Shown here in pieces: positions 45,668 through 55,775 of a stretch of 64,000 nt of DNA. The stretch comes from a virus (lineage: Duplodnaviria; Caudoviricetes): positions 1 through 64,000 of the IMG/VR virus record IMGVR_UViG_3300023172_000022. One strand, written 5' to 3'. Under the pieces are notes generated by a model that searched no databases, was not told the DNA's origin, and saw only the letters and a program-made list of their open reading frames with translations. Every line of letters begins with the position of its first letter. The first letter of the stretch is position 1. The position numbers and the translations under genes were made by a program.

Positions 45668-46555
45668 TTATATTCTATACCAAACATCACCATTATTTCC
45701 AACACTGTTGTTAGGATTTGCAGATGAAATATACTGATCGTGAACCGACTGATTACCTAAATTTCTATATGTAATAGATGTAATATGTCCAGCGGAATCT
45801 GTAGTAACTTTCCTAATGACTGTAGTACCCGTCATAGTATCCGAAGATGGATTAGTTCCTTGCAATGCGTGTGACAAAGTAACATCATTACCACTCACAC
45901 TTCTTGTAATTAAAGAATTATCTGATAATACATTAGACGCAGATATTTTACCATCAATTTCTGTTGCTGAACTAGCTATTGCAGAACCAACATATCCTAG
46001 TGCAGTCCTAATTGCAGAGACTTCTGCATCCAATGCTAGAACATCTAACTTAACATTATTGTTATTTGCAATTGTACCATCCGTATCTATATTACCATCT
46101 GCATCAAAACCCAAAGATGTTAGTAATGAACTAATAAGTGAATCTGTCGCATTAGCCTGTACTTGTACTACCGAAGTAGCACTAGTTAGTGTTGAATTTA
46201 CATTATTAAGAGATTGTGTTAGTGTCTGATTGAGAGAATTAACACTACTATCAATCTGACCCGACAAATCACCAGACAATTTAACGTGTAAGGACTCAAT
46301 AGTGTTACTAATACTAGTCCCTCTATAACTAGCATCAATATCAGTTAAATTTCCAACAAGCGTTTCGACATTATCTGTTTTTGTTTTAACTTCGTTCACA
46401 GCACCAACAACATTTTGGGCCGTAGTGTTTAATCCATCGTCGGCACCAATCAAGTTCTGTGTATATAAAAGACTTGCTCTGTTTTGATTTGTTTTAGTTG
46501 CCCATGAATCAAATGTATCAGTTCTTAATACTTCAGATGTTGTTGGATATGTCAT
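45668..46555 (-). CDS. Coiled-coil fibre (fibritin-like) structural protein
   Basis: TDTFDSW..KTN N-terminus, L.TTAQNVVGAVNEV, a heptad region and C-terminal P....GNNGDVWY. Confidence 0.65.
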   Translation of the reverse strand: MTYPTTSEVLRTDTFDSWATKTNQNRASLLYTQNLIGADDGLNTTAQNVVGAVNEVKTKTDNVETLVGNLTDIDASYRGTSISNTIESLHVKLSGDLSGQIDSSVNSLNQTLTQSLNNVNSTLTSATSVVQVQANATDSLISSLLTSLGFDADGNIDTDGTIANNNNVKLDVLALDAEVSAIRTALGYVGSAIASSATEIDGKISASNVLSDNSLITRSVSGNDVTLSHALQGTNPSSDTMTGTTVIRKVTTDSAGHITSITYRNLGNQSVHDQYISSANPNNSVGNNGDVWYRI

Positions 46556-46556
46556 T

Positions 46557-46772
46557 TTAATTTCTCTCTAAAAGTTTAGTTAACATTTGTTTTATTTCAC
46601 TTACATCAGACTTTAGTTTTTCAATTTCTTCTCTCTTGTCTTGTTCCCTTGAAACTCGTTTAAGGTATTTAAGATATGCAGTATCGTCATTATTAATAAT
46701 TGCTTTAGAAAATGAATCTCTTAATAAATTTTTATCTTCTTTTACAATTAATTTTTTATTTTCCATACTCAT
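46557..46772 (-). CDS. Conserved small T4-like marine-phage protein that follows the DUF4815 gene
   Basis: NL.RD..S.AIIN.D..AY..Y...EI..LK.DV.EIK.ML pattern. The true start may be the second Met (46766). Confidence 0.7.
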   Translation of the reverse strand: MSMENKKLIVKEDKNLLRDSFSKAIINNDDTAYLKYLKRVSREQDKREEIEKLKSDVSEIKQMLTKLLERN

Positions 46773-46779
46773 ATTTATA
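46772..46779 (-). promoter_or_regulatory. T4-type late promoter TATAAATA
   Basis: Exact consensus between the 46789 stop and the next gene, overlapping the first ATG. Confidence 0.65.
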
Positions 46780-46788
46780 AACCTTTAT

Positions 46789-49700
46789 TTACTTCGCCAA
46801 TGCAATAATTCTAAGATCTGTGACTTTTGGAACCACAGCTGTGTTATTTGACTTCAATACTATTTTGACACCCAAAGAAACAAATTCTTCTAAATTTTGA
46901 ACATCAAATTCATAATCTATAAAGCTACCATCGGGCGTGGGATTCGAAAATCCTTGTGGTTTAGTGAATTCTACATAAGGCATTTCTCTGTATATATCAC
47001 CTTCGGAAGTTTTTATTTTATAATAGAAATCTATATCTGTATCAACTGGTTTTGAAACCGCAACCCTCATATTAATAGATGTTGCTGGATTTGCAAGTTT
47101 AATTTCTCTTGTGATATATTTCGCAAGTCCCGCGCCGCCCTGTGCGCTAGTTTCAAGATCCTCTTCTGGAGTATTTGAAACTACAAGTGGATTATTAATT
47201 CTATTAGAAATAAGAGTTGCACTCACTCGTTGAAGATCTAACATTGGCGAAAGGTGAGATACATCACTGTTCAGTGTAATTTTATAAACAAGAGATTTCC
47301 TATCTACATTATTACTTTGTCCAGCGAACCAATCTTCGTTAATAGAGTTTGAAACGAGTCTTGGAGTTTTAAAGAATGTATTTTCATTTGGTTCAAAATC
47401 TCTGTACAACAAATCTTTAACGCCAGGAGTATAAATTGTCTGACCAAGTGAGCCACCAGATGTTGTTTTCATTTGATATCTTATACTTGTATTTGGATAA
47501 GTTGTAGTTGTCAGTTGAGGACAAATAATATCATATCTGTAATTTACTAAAACATATGCAGAATCGATATCAGTTCTATATGGGTCTACGACAGCATCAA
47601 ACCTACCACTACTAGAAGCTGTTTCTGACGAACCAGGCAGTGGCCACAAGGTCTTTACAAAATCAGATGGAGCTCTGGAATAAGTTTGAGTACTACCACC
47701 AAATTGTGTTGCCAATACGGCCGGATCAGTAGAAGTTAGATTATTTGTGTGATCTTGTATAGTAGATTGTTTTTGATTGTTTATATCAATTGTAAAAGAG
47801 TCTACATCAAACGCAACAACTTTATGGAAGCCGTTTATTTTACCACCACGAATTCCAGATGTGGCGCCAGTATCAGTTGTACCACCATAAATTGTCGTAG
47901 AAAGAAGTCCATCAATACCAACATAAAAGTTATTTGTATAATTTACTTCATCTACAATACCGTGATTTGGACAATGAATTTTGACTAATGTAGAATCTTT
48001 TGTTGTTTCAATTGACCTTTTACCAAGTTTTACCTTTTGTACAATTTTAGAATTATCATCTTTTGGAGAATTTACAAAATAAACTTCTGATGGTCTAGAA
48101 TTATCAAATTCCTGTCTGTAGAGTGTAAATTTAATATCTTCGTTTTGTTCTGCATTCCATGCTTGGTTATTTGAAGATTTAAACATAACTCCTGCATTTG
48201 GTTGTTTTGAGATAATACCAGAACCATCAAGTGCTTGTTCTCCCAACCGTGACACATGTAATCTATAATCAACCGAGTCGGTGATAACTACAAAACACAC
48301 TTGAGTTCCTTCTTCTACATATACTGGTGAAGGAAATTTAAAATTAGTAGCTACACTACCATCAGCTGATGTAAATATTTTTTGACCAACATATGAAGCT
48401 TCACCGGTCGTTTCATCAATTTCAACCCCCCAAGCTGGTTCTAATACTGCCGCTTCCCCAATAATCATTTGGCCAGGATATCCATTAACAACATTTCTCA
48501 ATTCTACTCTAATTGGAGTAAGATCCTTTGTTGGAATTCTTTGGAAAAACAAATCAATTGATGAAAGATAACATCCCCCAGCTGCTTCTGTCGAATCCAA
48601 CTCAAAAGTTTGTGCAATTGGGTCAAAGAAAAAGAAAAACGTGGCAGCTGCCGCGAGTGCACCTCTGCCATCAGAGCCTCTGCCATCAGAGCCGCTATCA
48701 GTTTCCTGAACTGGAGCCGGTAAAGTTCCATTTCCAGTAATAACTCTTCTGGTATCATTTTCAATAAGAGTTCTATTATCACTTAAAGCTGTATTGGTAA
48801 AATTAGGAACCCTCGTGTTTACAAAAGTTTCTTGTTTAGTGTCGATAAATCCAGAAGCAGCAAACATCGCAGATGCCTCAGTACCAACATCAGTAGAATT
48901 TGGAGTTGGCTGATCAGACAATCTGAATTCTTTTTCTCCGACTCTAAATCTAATGTTATCCGAGGATGGTAAATCGAAGAAACCACGAATAACTCCATTA
49001 CTATTAGTTCTTAATGTTGCACTATCAAATTCTGACAAAAATCTACCAACAGGCATGGAGAGATCGCCTTGGAGTACAGACCCTTCCCCACCTCTAATAG
49101 TTAGTTGCATAGGTTCCCCAGCATTTGGGTCAGTTCCTTGGAAATCAATCCCCTCCAATGGTTCATCAGTTCTAGTAGTAAAGAATCTTAAACTATTTGT
49201 AGAAACATATTCTACTCCATACACAATTCTTTCGGCGCCACTAGTTAATCCAACAAGTCTGGCCACCCCTAATTGTCTATTAATAAAATCAAAAAGCATT
49301 CCGTTTGGTCTAGAATCAGTTACACCCTGTCCTAATATTTCAAGAGCAGTTTGACCTAATGAGTCTACGACAACTTCATCAATTGGTGTGCAGAATTCAG
49401 ACACATCAATACCATCAAATGTTGCATAAAGTTTTGTAGTTTCCTTCATACCAGAGCCAGTAAAGAAAATTCTTTTTTCTCTCATAAAAGGTATAATCTC
49501 AGTACTGATCATTCTATCACCAAAACTATCAGTAACAATAGAAGAATTGAGGTCAACTCGTCTACCCGTTCTTTCCTGATCCGTTAAAATATTAAATGAT
49601 TCAGTAACACTATCTTCCCAAGTAAGTGTGTTCCAATTTTCATCTCTTTCATTTTCTACCCTACTTACTATTTCCTCGCCTACATTTGTTGTTTGCCAAG

Positions 49701-52700
49701 AATTCCAATGTGTGCCCAAAATCCCCATTTCGTTTGCAAGGAATTCAAAGTTATCAAACATATTATCTCTATTAATTTCCAAATCTGGTCTTCTATCAAC
49801 TTCTCTCCAATCATCTGAACTTGGAGATAAAATTAGATTGCCCTTATACATTGCCTCTGCAAATGGATTTGGATTTACATATTTTGACGAAACTGTATTT
49901 TGGGCGACTACACTTTGACCAGCGAAAGGTAGATAAATTTGTCCATTGTGCATTTCATAATTATTAGAAACAACATCTGTCAAAACCATATTGACATTTC
50001 TTTCATCACCCTTTGGTCTCATAAGACGTTTTTTACCATCAACTGCAATAGAGTAATTGGGATCGAAAACATCACCAATGCCATGACCTACAAACGGCTC
50101 AACAATAAATCCATTTTTAAATCTGTCTAAACCATTTTCATCCAAAATAACTAGATCTTTTGTTTCTTTTTCGAGCAAAGAAAGTGTAGTGTAGTATTCT
50201 AATGTGTTAATTCTTTTTTCAAGTTTTCCGATATCTCGCATCGTGTATCGTTTATTTTCAACTTTTTCTATGATAATATCTTTTGGACTTAAAGTGAATG
50301 GTCTGTTTGACAATTTAAATAAAACCATACCTTCACTTGGGTCTTTTGGATATTGCGGACTCATAGAAGAAGCACCATAAATAACTTCAAATTGACCGTT
50401 CTTGGTCAATATTACTTTATCTTTCCTTGGCAGATATTGACGATAATCAGTAATAACTGTCGTTTCATTTATAGGAAAATATACGTTATTTGCTGTTTCT
50501 CCAACTTTCAAAAAAACTTTATCAGGGTTAGTTGTGGCTGTAACAGCGGGTCTAAAATCAAGAACATCTGTTAAAAAATTACCTTCAAATTTTGGAATGC
50601 TTCTATAATCAACATTTCCATATGAGTTTACAGAAGCATAATCTCCTGAACTATGTGAAAAATAATCATAAACAACTACAGGTCTACCAGCACAAATAGT
50701 TTCTCTTGGTTTCAGTCTGGCCTGCCCAAGTTTAAGTACGCCTGGTCTCTGTCCATTATCAAAATCGTAACTATCGGTGATGTCTAAAATTTTTGCCGGT
50801 TGTGAAATGCCGTTTCCAAAATTATATCCATGCGCCTGCGCTGGTGTATTTGGGATAGGAGTTCCTGCCGCAATAGCTATATTGTATTCTTTTGCAAACG
50901 GCGCATCTGGATAAAGAGCAGGATCGAGGTTATACGGATTTGTAACACCAGTTGCCTCGTAGTAACTCCAAGCCTTATAGGCAAACTCAAAGTCTTCCTT
51001 AGTCATATCACTAATATATTTTACCGTTCCAAAAATATCTGTTTGAAAGACCACATTCCAAGGATGGCATGTATCATAAATTGCGTGTAATTTAGAAATA
51101 TCTGAATTTTTTAGTTGTAGATAATCTAAACTATAAGAAACTGAATTGGCATCACTAAACGTGCCGTTAAAAGAATTACCCAAGGTTCCTATGGCGTCAC
51201 CTTCCGCCCCAAACTTATCATCAGTTTCCATAATGGTGGGTGTTATTGTCTCTGGATTTGTCGGTTTAGTTAAATCTGCGCCCGAAGAAGAATCTAACAA
51301 ACTATACGGTAAGTCAACTTGTCCCAACACCAAAGTTTTAGTTTTTTCTTGTGGGACACTAATCACTGTTGGTGCTAGGAGAACAATTTGCGAAATGCCG
51401 AGCGGGATTTGCTCTATAGTTATCTCTCTATTTCCTACAGCACTATTAAAACTAACCTCAATATTTCCAGCAAACTCAGTATCACTTAATTTGGGTTGGT
51501 TGTCTATAATTTCACCATATGTGGGAGTTGCACCACCACTGGTTTTTGTGTAAATTTGGTATCCATCATTAGAATCACTCCAAATTGGGTAAAAAGATTC
51601 ATTCAAATTTGAAGTTACAATAGTTGCCGCCTGATTAGTAACTGAAGCTGTGTATTCTTTCAATAACGTATATGTTGTGTCATTTGTAATTGAACCAGTC
51701 TGTTCATCAACATTTCTCAAAGAACTCACAAATTTACTTCCAGTTTTTACTATGTTAGAACCACCAGTTTCAAATACATTTTGGTGACTATAAATTTGAG
51801 CGGTAAGTGATAATTCTGATCTTACTTCATCCTCAAACGCAATTCTTTCATTCGATGTCAGAATGCTATTAAAACCAGCATTTGTTCCGACTGTATTACC
51901 ATATCCTAGAGTCTTTACCAGAATATTGTTGTCTTCAGATGTATGATATACAATACCCAAAGAAGCTGGTAATGACGAACTTGGTGGACGATCTTTGCTC
52001 TTTATAATTTTTTTATCAATGCCACTAACGACTGCACTTGCATTATATAATTTATATTGACTTAGAACTGACCCAGTGAAATTAGGTTTTAAGTTAGAAG
52101 TATTGCCTGACGATTGTGAAATATACTCTGTGCCCGCGATACCACGAACATCTTCCCAAGAATATCTGTCCTTTTTAAGTCCAGTGTATGCATCTACATA
52201 TTCTGGAGTTCTGAATTCTACATCATACAAATAAACTTTGTAAATTAAATTTGTTCCCTGAGGAAGTGAACCGGGCGATGTGATCGTACCTGATGTAGCA
52301 AACAAAGATTTTTCATAATCATTTTCAAAATCGCCTGCATAATATTCAATAGATTTTATTTTTGCGGTCCCTACAACATCAATTTGATGTATATTCGCAG
52401 TTGTAATTGCATTAGTATCTGGCCATAGTTCTGATGTTGTATCTGAGGTTGTTACAAATCCGTTAGTTGTAGTATTATAGTAGTAAGTATTGCCTTGATA
52501 CCAAGTGGTGTTTACAAGAATTGCTCTATCATTTATTTTTGGCAAAGACATCAAATCACTAACATAAATGTAATTGCCTAAATTTACAGGCAGTCTCACA
52601 TTATTTTCTTGTTTTTCATCAAGTGCTCTTTTATAATTAATATGAGTTTTGCCAATTGTGTTAATTCTATATCCTTGCACATAAGCTTTACCACTGTCAA

Positions 52701-54003
52701 TACCTAAATCCATATTTGCCCTAAGCGCGTCCAAAAGGTTTTGATGTGTTCTGCCAGGATAATATTTAGTTCCAGTTGTATCTAATCCTTGATCTGGATA
52801 TGCAGTTAAATCTGTATTTGTGATTACATGTGCGTAACCTTCTTTTGTGACTGAATTAACCATTCCAGTGTAATCGGCAAAATTATTTCTTGCATATTCT
52901 TTGGCGTCAAGTTCAGTCGCAAATTCATATGATGCCATAGTTTTGACGCCACGATTGCCATTTTCATTAAAAAGATTTTTAACTTCTAATTGAAACGGTT
53001 TTACAGTATAATTTCCAGATTCCTCAAAAGTTCTTCTTGCCAAAGTATCTTCTATTACAGAATATTCAGTAGAGTTTGTAAAACTTTTTAAAACCCCATT
53101 TTTCAATTCAATTAACAAAACAAAATTAGAAGTATCTTTTGAATCGATAGCTCTTTTTACCAAATTCAAACGCATACGATATCTATCTGCGCCGGGCGCC
53201 TGAAAGTTTGTAGTACCTTGTGCATTATCAAGTAAAGAATTGTCCGTACTCGAAGTAATAATATCTTCGATAACTTCCAAACCTACTTTATATGTTGACA
53301 AATTAGTGTATTTATCAAGTGCAATTGTTTGTGCAGCAACTATAGTCATAAATCCTTGAACATAATATATACCATCTTCGATTAGTGCCAAACAACCAAG
53401 ACCAGTAGGTCTTTCTGAAAGTGGCCTTACTTGACATTCATAGGTACTCTTATTTGGTTCAATTACTGTTTTGATAACCTCACCAGGCAAAAATTTACTA
53501 TTGGAACCAATCTCTAAATTAAATGCTGCGAGTGCTTCTGCTTGAGTTGTGTATGTGGTTCCGCCATCTGAAATTGCAGTAAAATTTGTTGATGATACAT
53601 CACTAACTCCAGATTGATATTTCAAATAAAGCGTATCAGGATCATCACTTGATGTGGTGCCTGTTTTACTTTCGGCATGAACAACTAATGCGCGAATTCC
53701 TGTTGTTCCACCAACAACAGTTCTGCCCACAAAGTCCTGTGGGGTGTTGTAACTGTTTGCACTATTAAAATCTATTTTAATAAAATCTGCTGCCAAGTCC
53801 ACTGATGGTGCGCCAGGGACAACCATCGCACCTTCCTTGAAAAAATGATTTGCCATTTTACTGACTTGATTCTGCAAAATGGTCTGTGTCTGAGTCAATT
53901 CTCTTGCTTGCACAGAATGTCCAGGCCTAAACAGAATTCTTAAATAACTTTTTTCTATATCGTAATCGTCATAATATGGAGTTATGTTGAAATTGGTTGC
54001 CAT
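46789..54003 (-). CDS. DUF4815 / VrlC-like large baseplate-associated protein (2404 aa)
   Basis: N.TPYYDDYD....RILFRPG.SVQARELTQ.QTILQNQ, APGADR, LARRT.EESGNY, RYTMRDIGKLEKRI, DRFKNGF, DPIAQTF and C-terminal DLRIIAL. Confidence 0.92.
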   Translation of the reverse strand: MATNFNITPYYDDYDIEKSYLRILFRPGHSVQARELTQTQTILQNQVSKMANHFFKEGAMVVPGAPSVDLAADFIKIDFNSANSYNTPQDFVGRTVVGGTTGIRALVVHAESKTGTTSSDDPDTLYLKYQSGVSDVSSTNFTAISDGGTTYTTQAEALAAFNLEIGSNSKFLPGEVIKTVIEPNKSTYECQVRPLSERPTGLGCLALIEDGIYYVQGFMTIVAAQTIALDKYTNLSTYKVGLEVIEDIITSSTDNSLLDNAQGTTNFQAPGADRYRMRLNLVKRAIDSKDTSNFVLLIELKNGVLKSFTNSTEYSVIEDTLARRTFEESGNYTVKPFQLEVKNLFNENGNRGVKTMASYEFATELDAKEYARNNFADYTGMVNSVTKEGYAHVITNTDLTAYPDQGLDTTGTKYYPGRTHQNLLDALRANMDLGIDSGKAYVQGYRINTIGKTHINYKRALDEKQENNVRLPVNLGNYIYVSDLMSLPKINDRAILVNTTWYQGNTYYYNTTTNGFVTTSDTTSELWPDTNAITTANIHQIDVVGTAKIKSIEYYAGDFENDYEKSLFATSGTITSPGSLPQGTNLIYKVYLYDVEFRTPEYVDAYTGLKKDRYSWEDVRGIAGTEYISQSSGNTSNLKPNFTGSVLSQYKLYNASAVVSGIDKKIIKSKDRPPSSSLPASLGIVYHTSEDNNILVKTLGYGNTVGTNAGFNSILTSNERIAFEDEVRSELSLTAQIYSHQNVFETGGSNIVKTGSKFVSSLRNVDEQTGSITNDTTYTLLKEYTASVTNQAATIVTSNLNESFYPIWSDSNDGYQIYTKTSGGATPTYGEIIDNQPKLSDTEFAGNIEVSFNSAVGNREITIEQIPLGISQIVLLAPTVISVPQEKTKTLVLGQVDLPYSLLDSSSGADLTKPTNPETITPTIMETDDKFGAEGDAIGTLGNSFNGTFSDANSVSYSLDYLQLKNSDISKLHAIYDTCHPWNVVFQTDIFGTVKYISDMTKEDFEFAYKAWSYYEATGVTNPYNLDPALYPDAPFAKEYNIAIAAGTPIPNTPAQAHGYNFGNGISQPAKILDITDSYDFDNGQRPGVLKLGQARLKPRETICAGRPVVVYDYFSHSSGDYASVNSYGNVDYRSIPKFEGNFLTDVLDFRPAVTATTNPDKVFLKVGETANNVYFPINETTVITDYRQYLPRKDKVILTKNGQFEVIYGASSMSPQYPKDPSEGMVLFKLSNRPFTLSPKDIIIEKVENKRYTMRDIGKLEKRINTLEYYTTLSLLEKETKDLVILDENGLDRFKNGFIVEPFVGHGIGDVFDPNYSIAVDGKKRLMRPKGDERNVNMVLTDVVSNNYEMHNGQIYLPFAGQSVVAQNTVSSKYVNPNPFAEAMYKGNLILSPSSDDWREVDRRPDLEINRDNMFDNFEFLANEMGILGTHWNSWQTTNVGEEIVSRVENERDENWNTLTWEDSVTESFNILTDQERTGRRVDLNSSIVTDSFGDRMISTEIIPFMREKRIFFTGSGMKETTKLYATFDGIDVSEFCTPIDEVVVDSLGQTALEILGQGVTDSRPNGMLFDFINRQLGVARLVGLTSGAERIVYGVEYVSTNSLRFFTTRTDEPLEGIDFQGTDPNAGEPMQLTIRGGEGSVLQGDLSMPVGRFLSEFDSATLRTNSNGVIRGFFDLPSSDNIRFRVGEKEFRLSDQPTPNSTDVGTEASAMFAASGFIDTKQETFVNTRVPNFTNTALSDNRTLIENDTRRVITGNGTLPAPVQETDSGSDGRGSDGRGALAAAATFFFFFDPIAQTFELDSTEAAGGCYLSSIDLFFQRIPTKDLTPIRVELRNVVNGYPGQMIIGEAAVLEPAWGVEIDETTGEASYVGQKIFTSADGSVATNFKFPSPVYVEEGTQVCFVVITDSVDYRLHVSRLGEQALDGSGIISKQPNAGVMFKSSNNQAWNAEQNEDIKFTLYRQEFDNSRPSEVYFVNSPKDDNSKIVQKVKLGKRSIETTKDSTLVKIHCPNHGIVDEVNYTNNFYVGIDGLLSTTIYGGTTDTGATSGIRGGKINGFHKVVAFDVDSFTIDINNQKQSTIQDHTNNLTSTDPAVLATQFGGSTQTYSRAPSDFVKTLWPLPGSSETASSSGRFDAVVDPYRTDIDSAYVLVNYRYDIICPQLTTTTYPNTSIRYQMKTTSGGSLGQTIYTPGVKDLLYRDFEPNENTFFKTPRLVSNSINEDWFAGQSNNVDRKSLVYKITLNSDVSHLSPMLDLQRVSATLISNRINNPLVVSNTPEEDLETSAQGGAGLAKYITREIKLANPATSINMRVAVSKPVDTDIDFYYKIKTSEGDIYREMPYVEFTKPQGFSNPTPDGSFIDYEFDVQNLEEFVSLGVKIVLKSNNTAVVPKVTDLRIIALAK

Positions 54004-54039
54004 GTTATTTCTTCTCTTTTAATATTTTTTTTATTCAAA

Positions 54040-55713
54040 TTAGAATTCAAATACAACTTTAATATCTTCGATTTGATCTACTGCCCGTGTGATTGGATGT
54101 CTATTTTCTACATATAAAACTTTTCCAGAACCACCTACAATATTAAATTGAGTATCACCATCGTTATATTCACTATTGGCAGGACCTCTGTATGTAGTTT
54201 GGGATGCAAGTTTGTTTGTATAAACATCCACTGGATCAGCAATAATACTTACCTGTCTAAATGCGGAAGTAGAACCAGTTACAGGGAAAACTGATTTTGT
54301 TACCGAATTTCTTGTGTCTGGTTCATCATATTCCAGTTTGACTGCGACCATTGCATAGTAACCATTCAATTCTTCTACTGGATTATGACCATGACCAACT
54401 TCTGGTGAAATTTGTGGTTCAACTTTCGCAGAAGATACACTAGTTGGGTCGACTGTACCACGAACTTCGGCAGTAGCGTATGTATATCCACTACCAATAT
54501 TAGTAATAATAATTTCAGAAACTTGATCTCCGGTCAAATGTGCATAAGCAGAAAATCCTGTTCCATCGCCGGTTGTAAGAACGACATTTGGCGCTATACT
54601 TACTACGCCAGTGCCATCGCCCTCTCCAGCTGCAAAGGCACTTTCGATAGTTACGGTAGCTGTGTTTGTGTTTGAATCAAAAGACCAACCTGTAATTTTT
54701 CTTTGATTTGCAGTAGCAGCACCATCTTTCAGATAAACTAATGCATAATCTGTGTAATCACTAGCTGCAGCTGCGATATTTGCACCACCAGTTATTCCCA
54801 ATGATATTGTAGTTGTGCCTTCGCCTGGAGTAGTAGAAGATTCTACAATCATTGCATTGTAACCACTACCACCGGCATGGCCGCTATTATCGTTGTCGTC
54901 GACAATATCAATCCACTCAATTGCGCCTGGAGATGCAGCTGCGTTTTGTTGGACTTGCCACTGTACATAGTCGGCAGAAGAAGTATCGGATGGAATTGAA
55001 GTGATATATTTTACTGGAAAATAATCTTTCGTTAGAAATTTTAATGCTTGATCTAATTTAATTGAATACATATATTTCCAAACATATCCATCGGTTGTGT
55101 GAATTAATGCGTTGCTTGTGCCTGTAGGTTTGACCGTAGATGCAGTTGGTTGCACACCTTGTGACGAATTAAGATATCTTTTGTTATTAATAACTTTATA
55201 GACATTATACTGATTGTTTGCTTCCGTCAAAACATATGAATTTGGTATCACTTCTTCACTACTTTTATAATTATACATTGTATATTGTGTATTAGTAGTC
55301 CAATTGATTCTTGGAACTGCTAGGGTAATTGTGTCAGCATTAACTTTTTTCACAGCTGTAAGTGCGTTCTTTGCGGAATTTCTTCCAGAGATAGAATCTT
55401 CTGGAGTTGGCGGCAAATTATCATCCTCCCAAGATGTGTGTTTACCAATTCCCAAGAACAAATTATTAAAAATAGATTTGTTGTAAAATGCCCAGTTAAC
55501 ACCACCATCACTGACAACACCAGTTACGTGAGTTGGTGCATTTGGTCCTGCTGTACCATCCGATACTGCAACATATAAATTTGATGCATTAAGAACTACT
55601 TGTCCTTCAGTATATGCTTCTCCAGTTGACCATAATGCAGTTTGTTCATTTACGGCCTCAATAAACTGTTGAGCATTAAAAATTCTAAGTTTATTGGTAA
55701 TTATTGCTGACAT
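54040..55713 (-). CDS. gp8: Baseplate wedge subunit gp8
   Basis: MSAIIT.K.RI.NA, YNVYK.INN, DGYVWKYMY, ISP..GHG.NP..EL and SGKVLYVENR.PITRA.DQ.EDIKVVFEF. Confidence 0.92.
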   Translation of the reverse strand: MSAIITNKLRIFNAQQFIEAVNEQTALWSTGEAYTEGQVVLNASNLYVAVSDGTAGPNAPTHVTGVVSDGGVNWAFYNKSIFNNLFLGIGKHTSWEDDNLPPTPEDSISGRNSAKNALTAVKKVNADTITLAVPRINWTTNTQYTMYNYKSSEEVIPNSYVLTEANNQYNVYKVINNKRYLNSSQGVQPTASTVKPTGTSNALIHTTDGYVWKYMYSIKLDQALKFLTKDYFPVKYITSIPSDTSSADYVQWQVQQNAAASPGAIEWIDIVDDNDNSGHAGGSGYNAMIVESSTTPGEGTTTISLGITGGANIAAAASDYTDYALVYLKDGAATANQRKITGWSFDSNTNTATVTIESAFAAGEGDGTGVVSIAPNVVLTTGDGTGFSAYAHLTGDQVSEIIITNIGSGYTYATAEVRGTVDPTSVSSAKVEPQISPEVGHGHNPVEELNGYYAMVAVKLEYDEPDTRNSVTKSVFPVTGSTSAFRQVSIIADPVDVYTNKLASQTTYRGPANSEYNDGDTQFNIVGGSGKVLYVENRHPITRAVDQIEDIKVVFEF

Positions 55714-55753
55714 GACGTTACCCTTTGTCGGTTGTGTATTAATTTGTTTCTTT

Positions 55754-55761
55754 TATTTATA
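55754..55761 (-). promoter_or_regulatory. T4-type late promoter TATAAATA
   Basis: Exact consensus, intergenic, upstream of gp8. Confidence 0.8.
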
Positions 55762-55775
55762 ATATTTTTTATCGC

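Noticed and set aside
46557-54003. Apparent absence of gp9, gp10, gp11, gp12 and wac after gp8
   Set aside because: Replacement by a DUF4815 protein and variable fibre genes is normal for marine T4-like phages and is not novel in itself.
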